Below are positions 9,982 to 20,933 of a stretch of DNA of 64,000 nucleotides, piece after piece (position 1 is the first letter of the stretch; the number at the start of each line of letters is the position of its first letter). Source of the DNA: Terriglobia bacterium (GTDB taxonomy: Bacteria > Acidobacteriota > Terriglobia > Acidiferrales > UBA7541); contig OY968796.1 in assembly GCA_963695545.1 (NCBI GenBank), forward strand, positions 3,584,001 to 3,648,000, read 5' to 3'. The notes below the pieces were generated by a model. It was given only the letters and a program-made list of their open reading frames with translations. It had not been told where the DNA came from and did not search any database. Both the position numbers and the translations under genes were made by a program.

Positions 9982-10617
9982 CTACGCCAGCGCTTCGCGA
10001 ATTTCGCTTTCGGGGAATAAACCTTCGCGAATGATGTGCCAACCATCCGCGCTCAAGCCCACGATCGTCGAAGCCAACCCCACGCCGGTTTCTCCGGCAT
10101 CGAGCACCAGGGGCAGTCGATCGCCCAACTGCTGCATCAACTCTTCGCCGCTCGAACACGAAGGCGAGCCCGAAAGATTCGCGCTCGTTCCCGTGATCGG
10201 ACCTTCGACCTGCTCGATCAGCGCGCAGGCCACACGCGAATTCGGCCAGCGCAACGCCACGCGTCCGGTGTGCCCGGTAACCTTCAACGGCAAGCGGTGC
10301 GAGGCTTCCACAACCAGCGTCATCGCCCCTGGCCAGAATTTTTCGGCGAGCGTTAGAAAATTCGGCGGCAGATCGCGCGCCAATTCCGCCGCCTGCTTCA
10401 GCGAATTCACCAAAATGGGCAGAGCGCGATTCTCCGGGCGCCCCTTCACACGATAAATTTGCTCGACCGCCGCAAGGTTGAACGGATCCGTCGCCAGACC
10501 ATAAAACGTGTCGGTGGGAATGCCTACGACCTGTCCCTGGTGAATGAGTTCAGCGGCGTAGCGAATCGCATTCGGATCAGGCGAATCGCATGAAACTTTC
10601 AGCTGCTCTGCCCGCAA
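9982..10617 (-). CDS. tsaC: L-threonylcarbamoyladenylate synthase (Sua5/YrdC)
   Basis: PTDTFYGL, KGRPENRALP, FWPGAMT, TGTSANLSG. Confidence 0.93.
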   Translation of the reverse strand: MRAEQLKVSCDSPDPNAIRYAAELIHQGQVVGIPTDTFYGLATDPFNLAAVEQIYRVKGRPENRALPILVNSLKQAAELARDLPPNFLTLAEKFWPGAMTLVVEASHRLPLKVTGHTGRVALRWPNSRVACALIEQVEGPITGTSANLSGSPSCSSGEELMQQLGDRLPLVLDAGETGVGLASTIVGLSADGWHIIREGLFPESEIREALA

Positions 10618-10836
10618 AGTGATCTCGCCCCTAGGCCTCGGCGCCTTCCCTGCCGCGTGGCAAGGGCGCCGTCGAAAGACGGCCCGAAAAGGCCTTTTGT
10701 TTTCAGCAAAATACCACAGTGGTAGGCCACGCGCAAGACTTTGCGCGCGTTATCGCTTCCATAGGGCACTTCCGGACGCGTTTTCGTTGCGACCGCGATC
10801 GTCGTTCCACGCCGGGACGGGCGGCGTTCTTTGACC

Positions 10837-11775
10837 ATGGCCAAGCGGTTTGCTAGTCTCGACGCCATGAGGCCGGCACACCGCACAAGCCCTCTGCGCG
10901 CGGGCGCGGCCGGAAGCGCCTCGCCGGAAACCATCTCCAGCCGCGAGAATCGCTGGCTGAAGCGATTTCGCGCCGCGCTCCATAGCGCCGAATCCGGGGC
11001 CGATACTTCGATCGGCGTCGAAGGACCTCACTTAGTGGAAGCAGCCCTCGGCTCGAGCGCGAGCGTAGAAGCCGTGCTGATCTCAACCTCCGGTGAGCGT
11101 CACTTGGCGCGCCTTGAATCCCAGATTCCTCCCGACGCCGCGATCTTGCGCACGACCGATCGACTCTTCGCCGGTGTCGCCGCAACCGAAGCGCCGCAAG
11201 GCATCGCCGCGCTCGTGCGCCCGCGCCCAGCGAGCTTCGACGAAATCACGCTCGGATGCCCGCTGCTCGTAGTGCTCGCGGGCGTGCAGGATCCCGGCAA
11301 CGTCGGCGCGATCCTGCGCAGTGCCGAGGCTATGGGCGCAACTGCCGCAGCAACGTGCGCCGTTGCGGGCGTCGGCACTTCAAATCCGCTCGCGCCGAAA
11401 GCATTGCGCGCGTCGGCCGGCTCTGCGCTGCGGCTTCCGCTTCTTCGCGCGGCGGCTGCAGCGACGCTTCTGCTCCAGTTGCGCGTCGCCGGCATCAAAA
11501 GCTACGCGGCCTGTCCCGCCGCGATCAACCATCTCGCTGAAGAGGGAGTCTCGCCCGCCTTGCGCCCGTGGGAAGCCGATTGGAAAATCCCCGTCGCATT
11601 GTGGATTGGCAACGAAGGCGCAGGCCTGCCGCGCGAAATCGCGCGCTCGGCCGACGCGCGCGTCACGATTCCTCACGCCGCAGGCGAATCCGGCGCGGTT
11701 GAATCGCTCAACGCCGCAGCCGCCGCGACTATCCTTCTTTATGAAGCGGCCAAGCAACGAGGCACCTTAACCTAG
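10837..11775 (+). CDS. TrmH/SpoU family RNA methyltransferase
   Basis: [27 protein letters not shown]; start uncertain. Confidence 0.9.
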   Translation: MAKRFASLDAMRPAHRTSPLRAGAAGSASPETISSRENRWLKRFRAALHSAESGADTSIGVEGPHLVEAALGSSASVEAVLISTSGERHLARLESQIPPDAAILRTTDRLFAGVAATEAPQGIAALVRPRPASFDEITLGCPLLVVLAGVQDPGNVGAILRSAEAMGATAAATCAVAGVGTSNPLAPKALRASAGSALRLPLLRAAAAATLLLQLRVAGIKSYAACPAAINHLAEEGVSPALRPWEADWKIPVALWIGNEGAGLPREIARSADARVTIPHAAGESGAVESLNAAAAATILLYEAAKQRGTLT

Positions 11776-11812
11776 AGCGAAAACGCCAGCGAGCGGCGCG
11801 CATCCAACAACC

Positions 11813-13159
11813 ATGAGCTTATTTGCCCAGCCCGGCCCGCAAGAAGACGAATCGCTCGCCGATCGCCCGCTCGCCGAGCGCATGCGCCCGCGCACGCTCG
11901 AGGAATTCGTCGGCCAGGACGCGCTGCTCGGCCCCGGCAAGCCGCTGCGCACGCAGATCGAACGCGACGAAATCGGCTCGATGATCCTTTGGGGCCCGCC
12001 CGGCTGCGGCAAAACCACGCTCGCTCGATTGATCGCGCGCCTCACGCGCTCGGAGTTTATCGCATTCAGCGCCGTGCTTTCCGGCATCAACGAAATCAAA
12101 CGCGTGATGGCCGAAGCCGAGCGCGCCTTCCGCGTGGGCCGTCGTACCATCGTCTTCATCGACGAAGTGCATCGCTTCAACAAGGCCCAGCAGGACGCTT
12201 TTCTGCCCTACGTCGAATCCGGCAGCATCGTACTGATCGGCGCGACCACCGAAAATCCGTCGTTCGAGGTAATCGCGCCGCTACTTTCGCGCACGAAAGT
12301 CTATGTGCTCGCCGCTCTCACCACGCCAGAAATCGTCGCGCTTCTCCGCCGCGCGCTTTCCGACGCCGAACGCGGCCTCGGCCGCGAGCGCGCCGAAGCC
12401 TCCGACGAAGTCCTCGAGCGCATCGCCACATTTTCCGGCGGTGACGCCCGCGCCGCATACAACACCCTCGAAGCCGCCGTTCGCGCCGCCGCGCCCGACG
12501 CCTCCGGTAAAAAAATGCTCACCGACGAGTTGCTCGCCGATATCCTGCAGCGAAAAGTTCTGCTCTACGACAAAGCCGGCGAAGAGCACTACAACATCAT
12601 CTCCGCGCTGCACAAATCCGTGCGCAATTCCGACGCCGACGCCGCGCTCTACTGGCTCGCGCGTATGCTCGAAGCCGGCGAAGATCCGTTGTACATCGCG
12701 CGCCGCATGGTGCGCATGGCCAGCGAAGATATCGGTCTCGCCGAACCCGGCGCGCTCGCCGTCACCATCGCCGCGATGCAGGCCGTCGATTTCCTCGGCA
12801 TGCCCGAAGGAAATCTGGCGCTCGCGCAAGCCGCCGTCTATCTTTCGCTCGCGCCGAAATCGAACGCTTTGTACACCGGCTATGGCGCCGCGGCCGCGGA
12901 CATCGCCGAAACCCGCGCTGAACCCGTGCCCCTGCACTTGCGCAACGCCGTGACCGGCCTGATGAAAAACATCGGCTATGGCAACGACTACAAATATGCC
13001 CACGAATTCGACAACGCCGTAACCGACATGACCTGCCTGCCCGAAAGTTTGTCCGGCCGCCGCTACTTTCAGCCCACCGATCGCGGATTCGAGCAGCGCC
13101 TCAGGCAACGCATGGAGGAGATTCGCCGCATCCAAGCAACCAGAAAGGCCGCTCCGTAA
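11813..13159 (+). CDS. rarA: replication-associated recombination protein A (MgsA)
   Basis: [61 protein letters not shown]. Confidence 0.96.
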   Translation: MSLFAQPGPQEDESLADRPLAERMRPRTLEEFVGQDALLGPGKPLRTQIERDEIGSMILWGPPGCGKTTLARLIARLTRSEFIAFSAVLSGINEIKRVMAEAERAFRVGRRTIVFIDEVHRFNKAQQDAFLPYVESGSIVLIGATTENPSFEVIAPLLSRTKVYVLAALTTPEIVALLRRALSDAERGLGRERAEASDEVLERIATFSGGDARAAYNTLEAAVRAAAPDASGKKMLTDELLADILQRKVLLYDKAGEEHYNIISALHKSVRNSDADAALYWLARMLEAGEDPLYIARRMVRMASEDIGLAEPGALAVTIAAMQAVDFLGMPEGNLALAQAAVYLSLAPKSNALYTGYGAAAADIAETRAEPVPLHLRNAVTGLMKNIGYGNDYKYAHEFDNAVTDMTCLPESLSGRRYFQPTDRGFEQRLRQRMEEIRRIQATRKAAP

Positions 13160-14341
13160 TTGACTGTGCCCGTGAATGCCACATCTCGAATCGCCCGCTC
13201 GATCGCGCCGCCGCGCCGCCGCGCGAAACGCATAATGTCAGCGGTCGCGGCGTTAGCGTTCGCCGCCGCACTTCCCGCGCCGCCCTCCGCGCGCGCGCAA
13301 GACAAGCCCACCATGCACGTCGAAGACAACGTCGCAGTATTCGCCTACGGCCCTGACGGCCGCATCGCGTATTCCGTCGAGCACGACTTCCGCGTAAAAA
13401 AAGCGCACTACCGGCACGACGACGTCTGGATCGTCACGCCGCAGGGATCGAAGCGCCATCTCATCGATGGCGAGAAATTCGTGCAAGGCACAACTCCGTT
13501 CAATTACAAAGTTGACGCGCTCTCCTGGTCCGCCGACGGAAAGCAACTCGCGATTCAGCTGACCACCGACAAAATGAGCGACGCCAAGGGCAACGCCATC
13601 CCGCCCATCGAAACGCTGCTCATGGACGATTCCGGCCGCGAGATCACCGTCTCCGGCGGCGACAGTCTCGTGCCCACCGCCACCGACGCGCAGTGGCTCT
13701 TCAACAACACCACCGTCGCGTATCTCGCCGATCCCGCGCCGCCCGCGGTGGTCCGCTCAATCACTGAACTCGTTCCCGCCACCGGCAAAACCACCACGCC
13801 GTATCCCGATCGCGGATTTGCCGCCGTGAATTGGAACGCGCAATCCGGCGGCGCCGTCGCGATCTCCACAACTTCCGCGCGTCACGCTTCCGCGCATTTG
13901 GTCGCCGTCGATCTCCCCCATAATTCGATTCGCGAACTCGCACCCATCGATGGCTACGTTGGCGGCCTCACGGTTTCTCCGTCGCGCCACCTCGCCGCTT
14001 ACTTCATCGATCCCGAAGTGCTCGAAGTCCGCGACATCCGCGATCCGCGCCGCGTCGGCCGCGCTCACATTGCGTTCGGAAAATATTGTTGGTCCGCCGA
14101 CGAGACGCGCATCCTGCTCAAGCGCGGCGACGAACAGCATCCGGCCGATCTCGTCTGGGTCACGCTTCCACCGCTCGCCGTTACGCCGCCGGGCCAGGAT
14201 CCGCCGATGACCGAACCCGATCCGCGTCCTATTTTTCACGATCTCGAATTTCCCAATTTCGCGATTTCGCCCGACGGCAATTCGATCGCCGTCGTCCAGT
14301 TTGGCCGTGGCTGGCTACTCGTTTATCCACTTCCTGAATAG
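13160..14341 (+). CDS. exported hypothetical protein, probable beta-propeller (TolB-like repeats)
   Basis: Ala-rich signal-like segment ending ARA-Q; WSADG, WSADE, ISPDG repeats; start uncertain (possibly ATG 13235). Confidence 0.65.
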   Translation: MTVPVNATSRIARSIAPPRRRAKRIMSAVAALAFAAALPAPPSARAQDKPTMHVEDNVAVFAYGPDGRIAYSVEHDFRVKKAHYRHDDVWIVTPQGSKRHLIDGEKFVQGTTPFNYKVDALSWSADGKQLAIQLTTDKMSDAKGNAIPPIETLLMDDSGREITVSGGDSLVPTATDAQWLFNNTTVAYLADPAPPAVVRSITELVPATGKTTTPYPDRGFAAVNWNAQSGGAVAISTTSARHASAHLVAVDLPHNSIRELAPIDGYVGGLTVSPSRHLAAYFIDPEVLEVRDIRDPRRVGRAHIAFGKYCWSADETRILLKRGDEQHPADLVWVTLPPLAVTPPGQDPPMTEPDPRPIFHDLEFPNFAISPDGNSIAVVQFGRGWLLVYPLPE

Positions 14342-14403
14342 AGCGGCCTTCGTGGCAAGCGTGCGTGGGTGTGCGTGCAAATCGCGGAGGGAAAAACGCG
14401 CAG

Positions 14404-16195
14404 CTATTTCTTGCGCTTGGCGGGTGCAGCCGGCCGCTTCGCGGCGCCAGGCTTCGGTCGCAGCGCGCCGAGAAACTTCTCCAGCGGCAGCGTGTTGATG
14501 ACGTCGCGCTTCTCGAGCCATCCGCGCCGCGCCATCCCCACTCCATAACGCATCGCGCCCAAGCCGCGCGTCGAATGCGCGTCGGTTGAAATCACCACGC
14601 GCACGCCGCGATCTTTCGCCATGCGCAAGTAAACATCCTTCAGATCCAAGCGCTCCGGCGCGGCGTTGCATTCCACCGCTACGCCGTGGCGCTTCGCCGC
14701 TTCCAGAATTTTCTCGAAATCGTATTCAAACGAATCGCGACGCAGCAGCAACCGCCCCGTCGGATGCGCGATAATCTGCGTATACGGATTTTCGATTGCC
14801 GCCAGCAGCCGGTCCGTCATCGCCGCGCGATCGATATTCATGTACGAATGCACCGACGCCACAACCACGTCGAGCTGCGCCAGAACTTCGTCCTCTAGAT
14901 CCAGCGTCCCGTCCTTGCGAATATCCACTTCGATTCCCGCCAGTAATCGTATGCCGTCCACGCGCGCGTCGGCAGCGCGGATCTTTTTGATTTGCTCCAG
15001 CGTGCGCCGCTCGTCCATTCCGTTTGCCACCGTCACGGCCTGGCTGTGATCCGTCAGCGCGATATATTCGTAGCCCAACGCCCGCGCCGCGGCGCCCATC
15101 TCTTCGATCGAGTTTGTGCCGTCGCTCGCCGTCGTGTGCATTTGCAAATCGCCGAGCATGTCGCCGAGCTCGACGAGCTTCGGAAGGCGATGTTCAGCCG
15201 CGGCGTCGATTTCCCCGGTGTTCTCGCGCAGCTCAGGTGGAATCCAATCGAGCTTCAGCTTCCCGTAAACCTCTTCCTCCGTCGCGCCCGCGACGCGACG
15301 CTCGCCTTCGAGCGTGGCCAGCGCGTATTCATTCAGCGTGTAGCCCATTTTGTTCGCGCGGCCGCGCAGCGTGACGTTGTGCTCCTTCGATCCCGTGAAG
15401 TAAATCATCGCCGCGCCGAAATTATTCTTCTCCAGTAGCCGCACGTCTACTTGCATTCCGCTCGTCAATCGCACGCTCACTTTATTTTCGCCGCGCGCCA
15501 GGGTCTCCTCGATTTCTGGATACTTCAGAATATGATCCGCGACCGCGTCGATTTCTTTCCGCGAATACTTCCCTTTCGCGAATGTCACCAGAAGATCGAG
15601 ATCGCCCACCGTCTCGCGCGCGCGCCGCAACGATCCCGCCGCCGTCACCGACTCCACGTTCGCCCCGAGCTTCCCGATATATTCGATCAGTTTCGCGGCC
15701 GCCGCATCCGCCTGGTTAATCAGCAATCGCCCCGCGGCGCGCTTAAACACTTCCACTGCCTTCAGAATGTTCTGTTCGCTTTTTTCGCCGAATCCCGCCA
15801 GATCGCGCAACTTTCCCGACCGCGCCACTTGCTCCACCTGCTCAACCGTCCCCGCCTTGAAAGTTTTCCAGAGCAACGCGACTTTCTTCGGGCCCAGCGA
15901 TTGAAGCGTTAGCAAATCCACAATTGTCGCCGGATATTTCTTCAGCAGCTTCTTGCGCAGCGCGTAGTCGCCGCTCTTCAGGATTTCCTGAATGTGCTCG
16001 GCCATGCGCTCGCCGATTCCCGGCAATTCCTCAAGCCGCTTGGGATCGGCGGCCATCTCCGCGATCGATTCCGGCAGCGAATCCAATAAGCTCCGCCGCG
16101 CGCTCGTAGCTGCGGTACCGCCCGATGATCGCGCCATCGATCTCAAGCAGGCTGGCGGTCTCGCGCAGGACGCGGGCGACGTCTCGATTTTCCAT
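14404..16195 (-). CDS. polX: DNA polymerase/3'-5' exonuclease PolX with PHP domain (one apparent +1 frameshift near 16085)
   Basis: MENRDVARVL..RYRSYERAA; AGSLRR..GDLDLL, YFTGSKEHN, PPELRE; PHP motifs HTTASDG, TDHS, AHPTGR, STDAH. Confidence 0.93.
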
Positions 16196-16205
16196 AGGAG
16201 TGGGA

Positions 16206-17179
16206 TTACTGGCCCAGAATGTGGGCAAACATCAAAGGCGCGACGATCGAGGCATCCGATTCGATCACGAAGCGCGGCGTATCGATTTCAAGCTTGCCCC
16301 AGGTGATTTTCTCGTTCGGCACGGCGCCGCTATAGGAGCCGTAGGAAGTTGTGCTATCCGAAATCTGGCAGAAATAGCCCCATTTCCGCACGGCTTGTCG
16401 CAGGTCCTGCTCGATCAGCGGCACAACGCAAATCGGAAAATCCCCCGCGATGCCGCCGCCGATTTGGAAAAAGCCCACGGAACTTTTCTCCGTGGTTGCC
16501 TTGTACCAATCGATCAGCGCCGCCATCTGCTCGACGCCCGATTTCACCACCTGAAACTCGAAAGCTCGCCGCGAATCACGTTGGCCACAAAAATATTTCC
16601 GAGCGTCGAATCCTCCCACCCAGGCGTAAAAATCGGCAGGTTCCGTTCGCACGCAGCGATCAGCCATGAATCTTTCGGATCGATCTGAAAATATTCTTTG
16701 ATCATGCAGCTGCGAATCAATTCGTACATGTACTCGTACGGGAAATGGCGCTTCCCTTCTTTGTCCGCGCGCTGCCAGAGTTTCAGCACCTGCCGTTCAA
16801 TCCGCCGCATGGCTTCTTCTTCCGGAATGCACGTATCGGTCACGCGGTTCATTCCGTGTTCGCGCAGCGCCACTTCTTCGGCGTCGCTCAAGTTCCGATA
16901 GTTCGGCACGCGTTTGTAGTAATCGTGCGCCACCAGATTGAAAATGTCTTCTTCAAGATTCGCGCCCGTCGTGCAAATCGCGTGGATTTTTTCCTGGCGG
17001 ATCATTTCGGCAAGCGAGAGGCCCAGCTCGGCCGTGCTCATCGCGCCGGCCATGGCCAAAAACATTTTGCCGCCGGCTGCCAGATGCGCCGTGTAAGCGT
17101 GCGCGGCATCGCGCACCACGGCGGCGTTGAAATGCCGGTAATGGTGATCGACGAATTGACGGATGCTCATGCGCTCCAT
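16206..17179 (-). CDS. deoxyhypusine synthase family protein (one apparent -1 frameshift near 16553)
   Basis: MAGAMSTAELG, TGANLEED, PGWEDSTLGN, then IGGGIAGDF, SYGSYSGAVPNEKITWGK, ESDASIVAP. Confidence 0.92.
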
Positions 17180-17304
17180 GTTCGCACCGAAAGGTTGTCA
17201 CCGGTGCACATGCAACGCATCGTATTCCAGCCGCCCGCGCGTTTCAAGAAGAACGCGCAAGAAAATTCTGGGCCGCGCGCCCGACGCCGAGCGAATCACG
17301 GCGC

Positions 17305-17859
17305 TCAGCGCGATCCGCGCGACTTCGCCACGAAACGCAAATAGTAAAGCACGCCCACAATCGTCTTCGCATCGCGCACCACGCCGCGCCGAATCATTTC
17401 CAGCACCTGCTTCTGAGAAAATCGCCGCGCCTCGATGTGCTCGTCCTCTTCCGGTTGCGCCGGTCCGGCCTTCAATCCTTCAGCCGCGAAGATCGACATC
17501 GTCTCGGTCAAAAATCCGGGCGTCGGAATCACGTTGAGCAACAACCGAATTCGCCGCGTCGTGTAGCCGGTCTCTTCGAGCAATTCGCGCCGCGCGCCGG
17601 TCAAGGGCGATTCAGTGAGTTTCCTGCTTCCCGCCACCAGCTCCCAAAGAGATTCCCCCGCGGCATAGCGAAATTGCCGCACCAGAACCATATCGCCGTT
17701 CGGAAAGACCGGCATCACCACGACAGAACCTGGGTGCGTCACGATGTCGCGCGTCGCGCGCAATCCGTCCGGCTCGATAATTTCGTCCCGCCGCACGTTG
17801 AACACGGTTCCCTTGAACACCGTCTTGCTGCGAACCAGCCTCGCGCGCTTCTGCGCCAT
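17305..17859 (-). CDS. NUDIX hydrolase (ADP-ribose pyrophosphatase-like)
   Basis: Nudix box ELVAG...ARRELLEETG; HPGSV, RQFRYA, DAKT. Confidence 0.9.
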   Translation of the reverse strand: MAQKRARLVRSKTVFKGTVFNVRRDEIIEPDGLRATRDIVTHPGSVVVMPVFPNGDMVLVRQFRYAAGESLWELVAGSRKLTESPLTGARRELLEETGYTTRRIRLLLNVIPTPGFLTETMSIFAAEGLKAGPAQPEEDEHIEARRFSQKQVLEMIRRGVVRDAKTIVGVLYYLRFVAKSRGSR

Positions 17860-18011
17860 CCAATCCTCCGCAAATATAGATTGCGTGTTTCATCATATCA
17901 GGAGAGCGCGCTCGCGCGACGCAGCGACACAGCGACCCTGGCGCGCCGCATCGCCTTGCCGCTTCGCTCGCCGTTTGCATATACTGGCCGAGGTCTCGTG
18001 TTTCGCTCGCC

Positions 18012-18785
18012 ATGCCCATCAGCACACTCATCGTCGACGACGAAAAGCCGGCTCGCGACGAGCTCGCGTTCCTCCTGAAAAGTTTCCCCGAACTCCGATT
18101 GATTGGCCAAGGCAAGAATGGCACCGAAGCCGTGGCCATGATTCAGGAACACGCGCCCGATCTTGTTTTTCTCGATGTGCAGATGCCCGGCCTCGACGGC
18201 TTCGGCGTGATCAAGAAATTGATCGACCGCAAATCGAAACTCCCGCATTTCGTTTTCGCCACCGCCTACGATAATTACGCCGTGCAGGCGTTTGAAGTGA
18301 ACGCCGCCGATTATATTTTGAAGCCCTTCGACAAAGCCCGCCTCGCGAAAGCCGTCGCGCGCGTCAAGAAAGCTCTCGATGCCGACGCCTCCCCCGCCGC
18401 GCAACTCGAGCTCCTCGTAAGCCAAATCGGCGCGGGCCGCACCACGCAGCGAGCCAAGCTGATCGTAAAAACGCAGCAGCGCCTTCTGCTCGTCGACGCC
18501 GAAGACGTGATCTACGCTTCGATCGCCGACGGCCTGATCACCATCGTCACCAAAGAAATCGAGGGCAGCTCGAACTGCCGCACCATCGAGGAGCTGCAAA
18601 CTTCGCTTGATTCCGAGCGCTTCTGGCGGCCGCACCGCTCGTACCTGGTGAACATCAATCACATCAAGGAAGTCGTTCCCTGGTTCAAATCCAGCTATAT
18701 GCTAAAAATGGCCGATCGCCGCAGCTCCGAAATTCCCGTCAGCCGCGCGCAGACCAAGCGCCTGCGCGATTTGGTTCGCATGTAG
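18012..18785 (+). CDS. LytTR family response regulator
   Basis: IVDDE, FLDVQMP, FATAYD, YILKP receiver domain; FWRPHRSYLVN, IPVSR LytTR domain. Confidence 0.95.
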   Translation: MPISTLIVDDEKPARDELAFLLKSFPELRLIGQGKNGTEAVAMIQEHAPDLVFLDVQMPGLDGFGVIKKLIDRKSKLPHFVFATAYDNYAVQAFEVNAADYILKPFDKARLAKAVARVKKALDADASPAAQLELLVSQIGAGRTTQRAKLIVKTQQRLLLVDAEDVIYASIADGLITIVTKEIEGSSNCRTIEELQTSLDSERFWRPHRSYLVNINHIKEVVPWFKSSYMLKMADRRSSEIPVSRAQTKRLRDLVRM

Positions 18786-18920
18786 CACATCCGTTTTCTT
18801 CCTGACGCAACGCCCACTTCGAGGATACAATGGCGTTGCTCATGCCTCGCTCGCTCACGTTCTATCCGCTAACGCCGCGCCCAGCGAATATCGCGCTGCC
18901 ACACCCCGGAGATCGCTCGT

Positions 18921-20138
18921 TTGGCCGCTACGCCTAAGCAACGCGTCCTGAGCGGCATGCGGCCGACCGGCCGCCTGCACATCGGCCATTTTTTCGGCGC
19001 CCTCGCCAACTGGATCGAAATGCAATCCAACTACGAATGTTTTTTCTTCGTGGCCGATTGGCACGCGCTCACTTCCGATTACGCCGATACGTCGGCCATC
19101 GCGCAAAACTCAATCGAGATCGCAACCGACTGGCTCGCCTCCGGCCTCGACCCCGCGAAGTGCACTATGTTCATCCAATCGCAAGTGCCCGAGCACGCCG
19201 AGCTGCAGCTCCTGCTCTCGATGGTCACGCCCCTCGGATGGCTCGAACGCGTGCCCACCTACAAGGAAGCTCTCGAAAACGTCAAAGGGAAAGATCTGCA
19301 CACCTTCGGCTTCCTCGGCTATCCGGTCCTTCAAGCCGCCGACATCGTTATCTATGACGCCGATCTCGTGCCCGTCGGCGAAGACCAGGTCGCTCACGTT
19401 GAGCTGACGCGCGAAATCGTTAACACCTTCAACACGTTCTACGGATTCGATGTGGATTTCGGCGAGTGGGAGAAACAGGATAAACGCGGATTGGCGAAGG
19501 CGCTCGGACACGAACAGACGATTAACCGCGAAGCTTTGCGAAAACGGATCCTGGAAGAAGGCCTCGTTAACTTCTACAAAAGAATTGGCGAAAAGAATCA
19601 GCAGTTTGTTCATATTCATAAAGTCCTGCGCGAACCGGACGCGATGCTGACGCGAACGCCGCGCATTCCCGGCACCGACGGCCGCAAAATGTCGAAGTCC
19701 TACAACAATTTCATATCGCTCAGCGAATCCGACGAAGACATCCGCAAGAAAACGCGCGCGATGGTCACCGACCCCGCCCGGAAGCGCCGCGAGGACGTCG
19801 GCAATCCGGACGTGTGCCCGGTCTTCGACTGGCATAAACTGTTCTCGACGCCCGAAGTCATCCAGCGCATCAGCCGCGATTGCCGCACCGCCGCGATCGG
19901 CTGCGTCGATTGCAAACAAGTCGTGGCCGACGCGCTGATAAAATGGATTGAGCCAGTGCGCGAACGCCGCCGCGAATTTGAGAAGAAGCCCGCGGCCGTG
20001 CTCGAGATTCTGGACGAAGGCTCAAAGAAAGCGCGCACTGTCGCCAAAGCCACGATGGAACGTGTGCGCGAAGCCGTCTTCGGCTGGAAGAAAACACGCG
20101 AGTCGATTGAAGCAAACGCATCGAAGGCGGGAAACTGA
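18921..20138 (+). CDS. trpS: tryptophan--tRNA ligase (with internal insertion)
   Basis: SGMRPTGRLHIGH, YPVLQAADI, VPVGEDQ, KMSKS; TTG start. Confidence 0.96.
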   Translation: MAATPKQRVLSGMRPTGRLHIGHFFGALANWIEMQSNYECFFFVADWHALTSDYADTSAIAQNSIEIATDWLASGLDPAKCTMFIQSQVPEHAELQLLLSMVTPLGWLERVPTYKEALENVKGKDLHTFGFLGYPVLQAADIVIYDADLVPVGEDQVAHVELTREIVNTFNTFYGFDVDFGEWEKQDKRGLAKALGHEQTINREALRKRILEEGLVNFYKRIGEKNQQFVHIHKVLREPDAMLTRTPRIPGTDGRKMSKSYNNFISLSESDEDIRKKTRAMVTDPARKRREDVGNPDVCPVFDWHKLFSTPEVIQRISRDCRTAAIGCVDCKQVVADALIKWIEPVRERRREFEKKPAAVLEILDEGSKKARTVAKATMERVREAVFGWKKTRESIEANASKAGN

Positions 20139-20141
20139 AGC

Positions 20142-20909
20142 ATGGCATCGCCTCTCAAAATTCATCTCGCGATCTATGACGGCCCGCTCGATCTGCTTCT
20201 CGATCTGATCAAAAAGCAGGAGCTCGACATCCACAACATTCCCATCGCGCAGATCACCGGCCAATATCTCGATTATCTGCACAAGCTCGAACAGCTCGAT
20301 ATGGATGTTTCCGCCGAATTCATCTACATGGCCGCCACGCTGATTCACATCAAATCGAAAATGCTTTTGCCGCCCGATCCGCTGGCTGGCGCCGAAGATC
20401 CGCGCGCGGAGCTGGTCTACCGCTTGGTCGAGCACGAAAAATTCAAGAGCGCCGCCCAACTGCTCTACCAAAAACAGCAAATCGAGCAACACGTCTGGTC
20501 GAAACCCGACCGCTCACTCTACGAAGGCGAAGGCACGGAAGCGGAACTCGTCGTCTCGCTCGTCGATCTGGTGCGCGTGTTCCAGCAAGTGCTCGAGCGC
20601 CGCAAGGAAATCATGCGCATCGAGCTGCATCACGAGCAAATCACAGTTCCACAAATGATGGACCTGCTGCGCAAGGAATTGCTCGCGAACGACGAAGGCG
20701 TGAGCCTGATTCGCTTTTTCGAGTCCTGTCCCTCCCGTCAAGCTATGATCGTCGCTCTGCTCGCCGTGCTTGAGTTGGTGCGCCTGCAAGCGATCGTTCT
20801 GGTGCAGGAAGCGCTGTTCAGCGAGATTCAAGTTCGCAAACACAAATTGTTCGATCTGGTATTTTCCGGCGGCGACGCCCTGGGTGAAATCGAGAAGCAA
20901 TATGAATAG
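20142..20909 (+). CDS. scpA: segregation and condensation protein A
   Basis: YDGPLDLLLDLI, EFIYMAATLIHIKSKMLLP, LLAVLELVR. Confidence 0.95.
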   Translation: MASPLKIHLAIYDGPLDLLLDLIKKQELDIHNIPIAQITGQYLDYLHKLEQLDMDVSAEFIYMAATLIHIKSKMLLPPDPLAGAEDPRAELVYRLVEHEKFKSAAQLLYQKQQIEQHVWSKPDRSLYEGEGTEAELVVSLVDLVRVFQQVLERRKEIMRIELHHEQITVPQMMDLLRKELLANDEGVSLIRFFESCPSRQAMIVALLAVLELVRLQAIVLVQEALFSEIQVRKHKLFDLVFSGGDALGEIEKQYE

Positions 20910-20933
20910 TCTTGGTCGCGCTGTCGAAACAAA

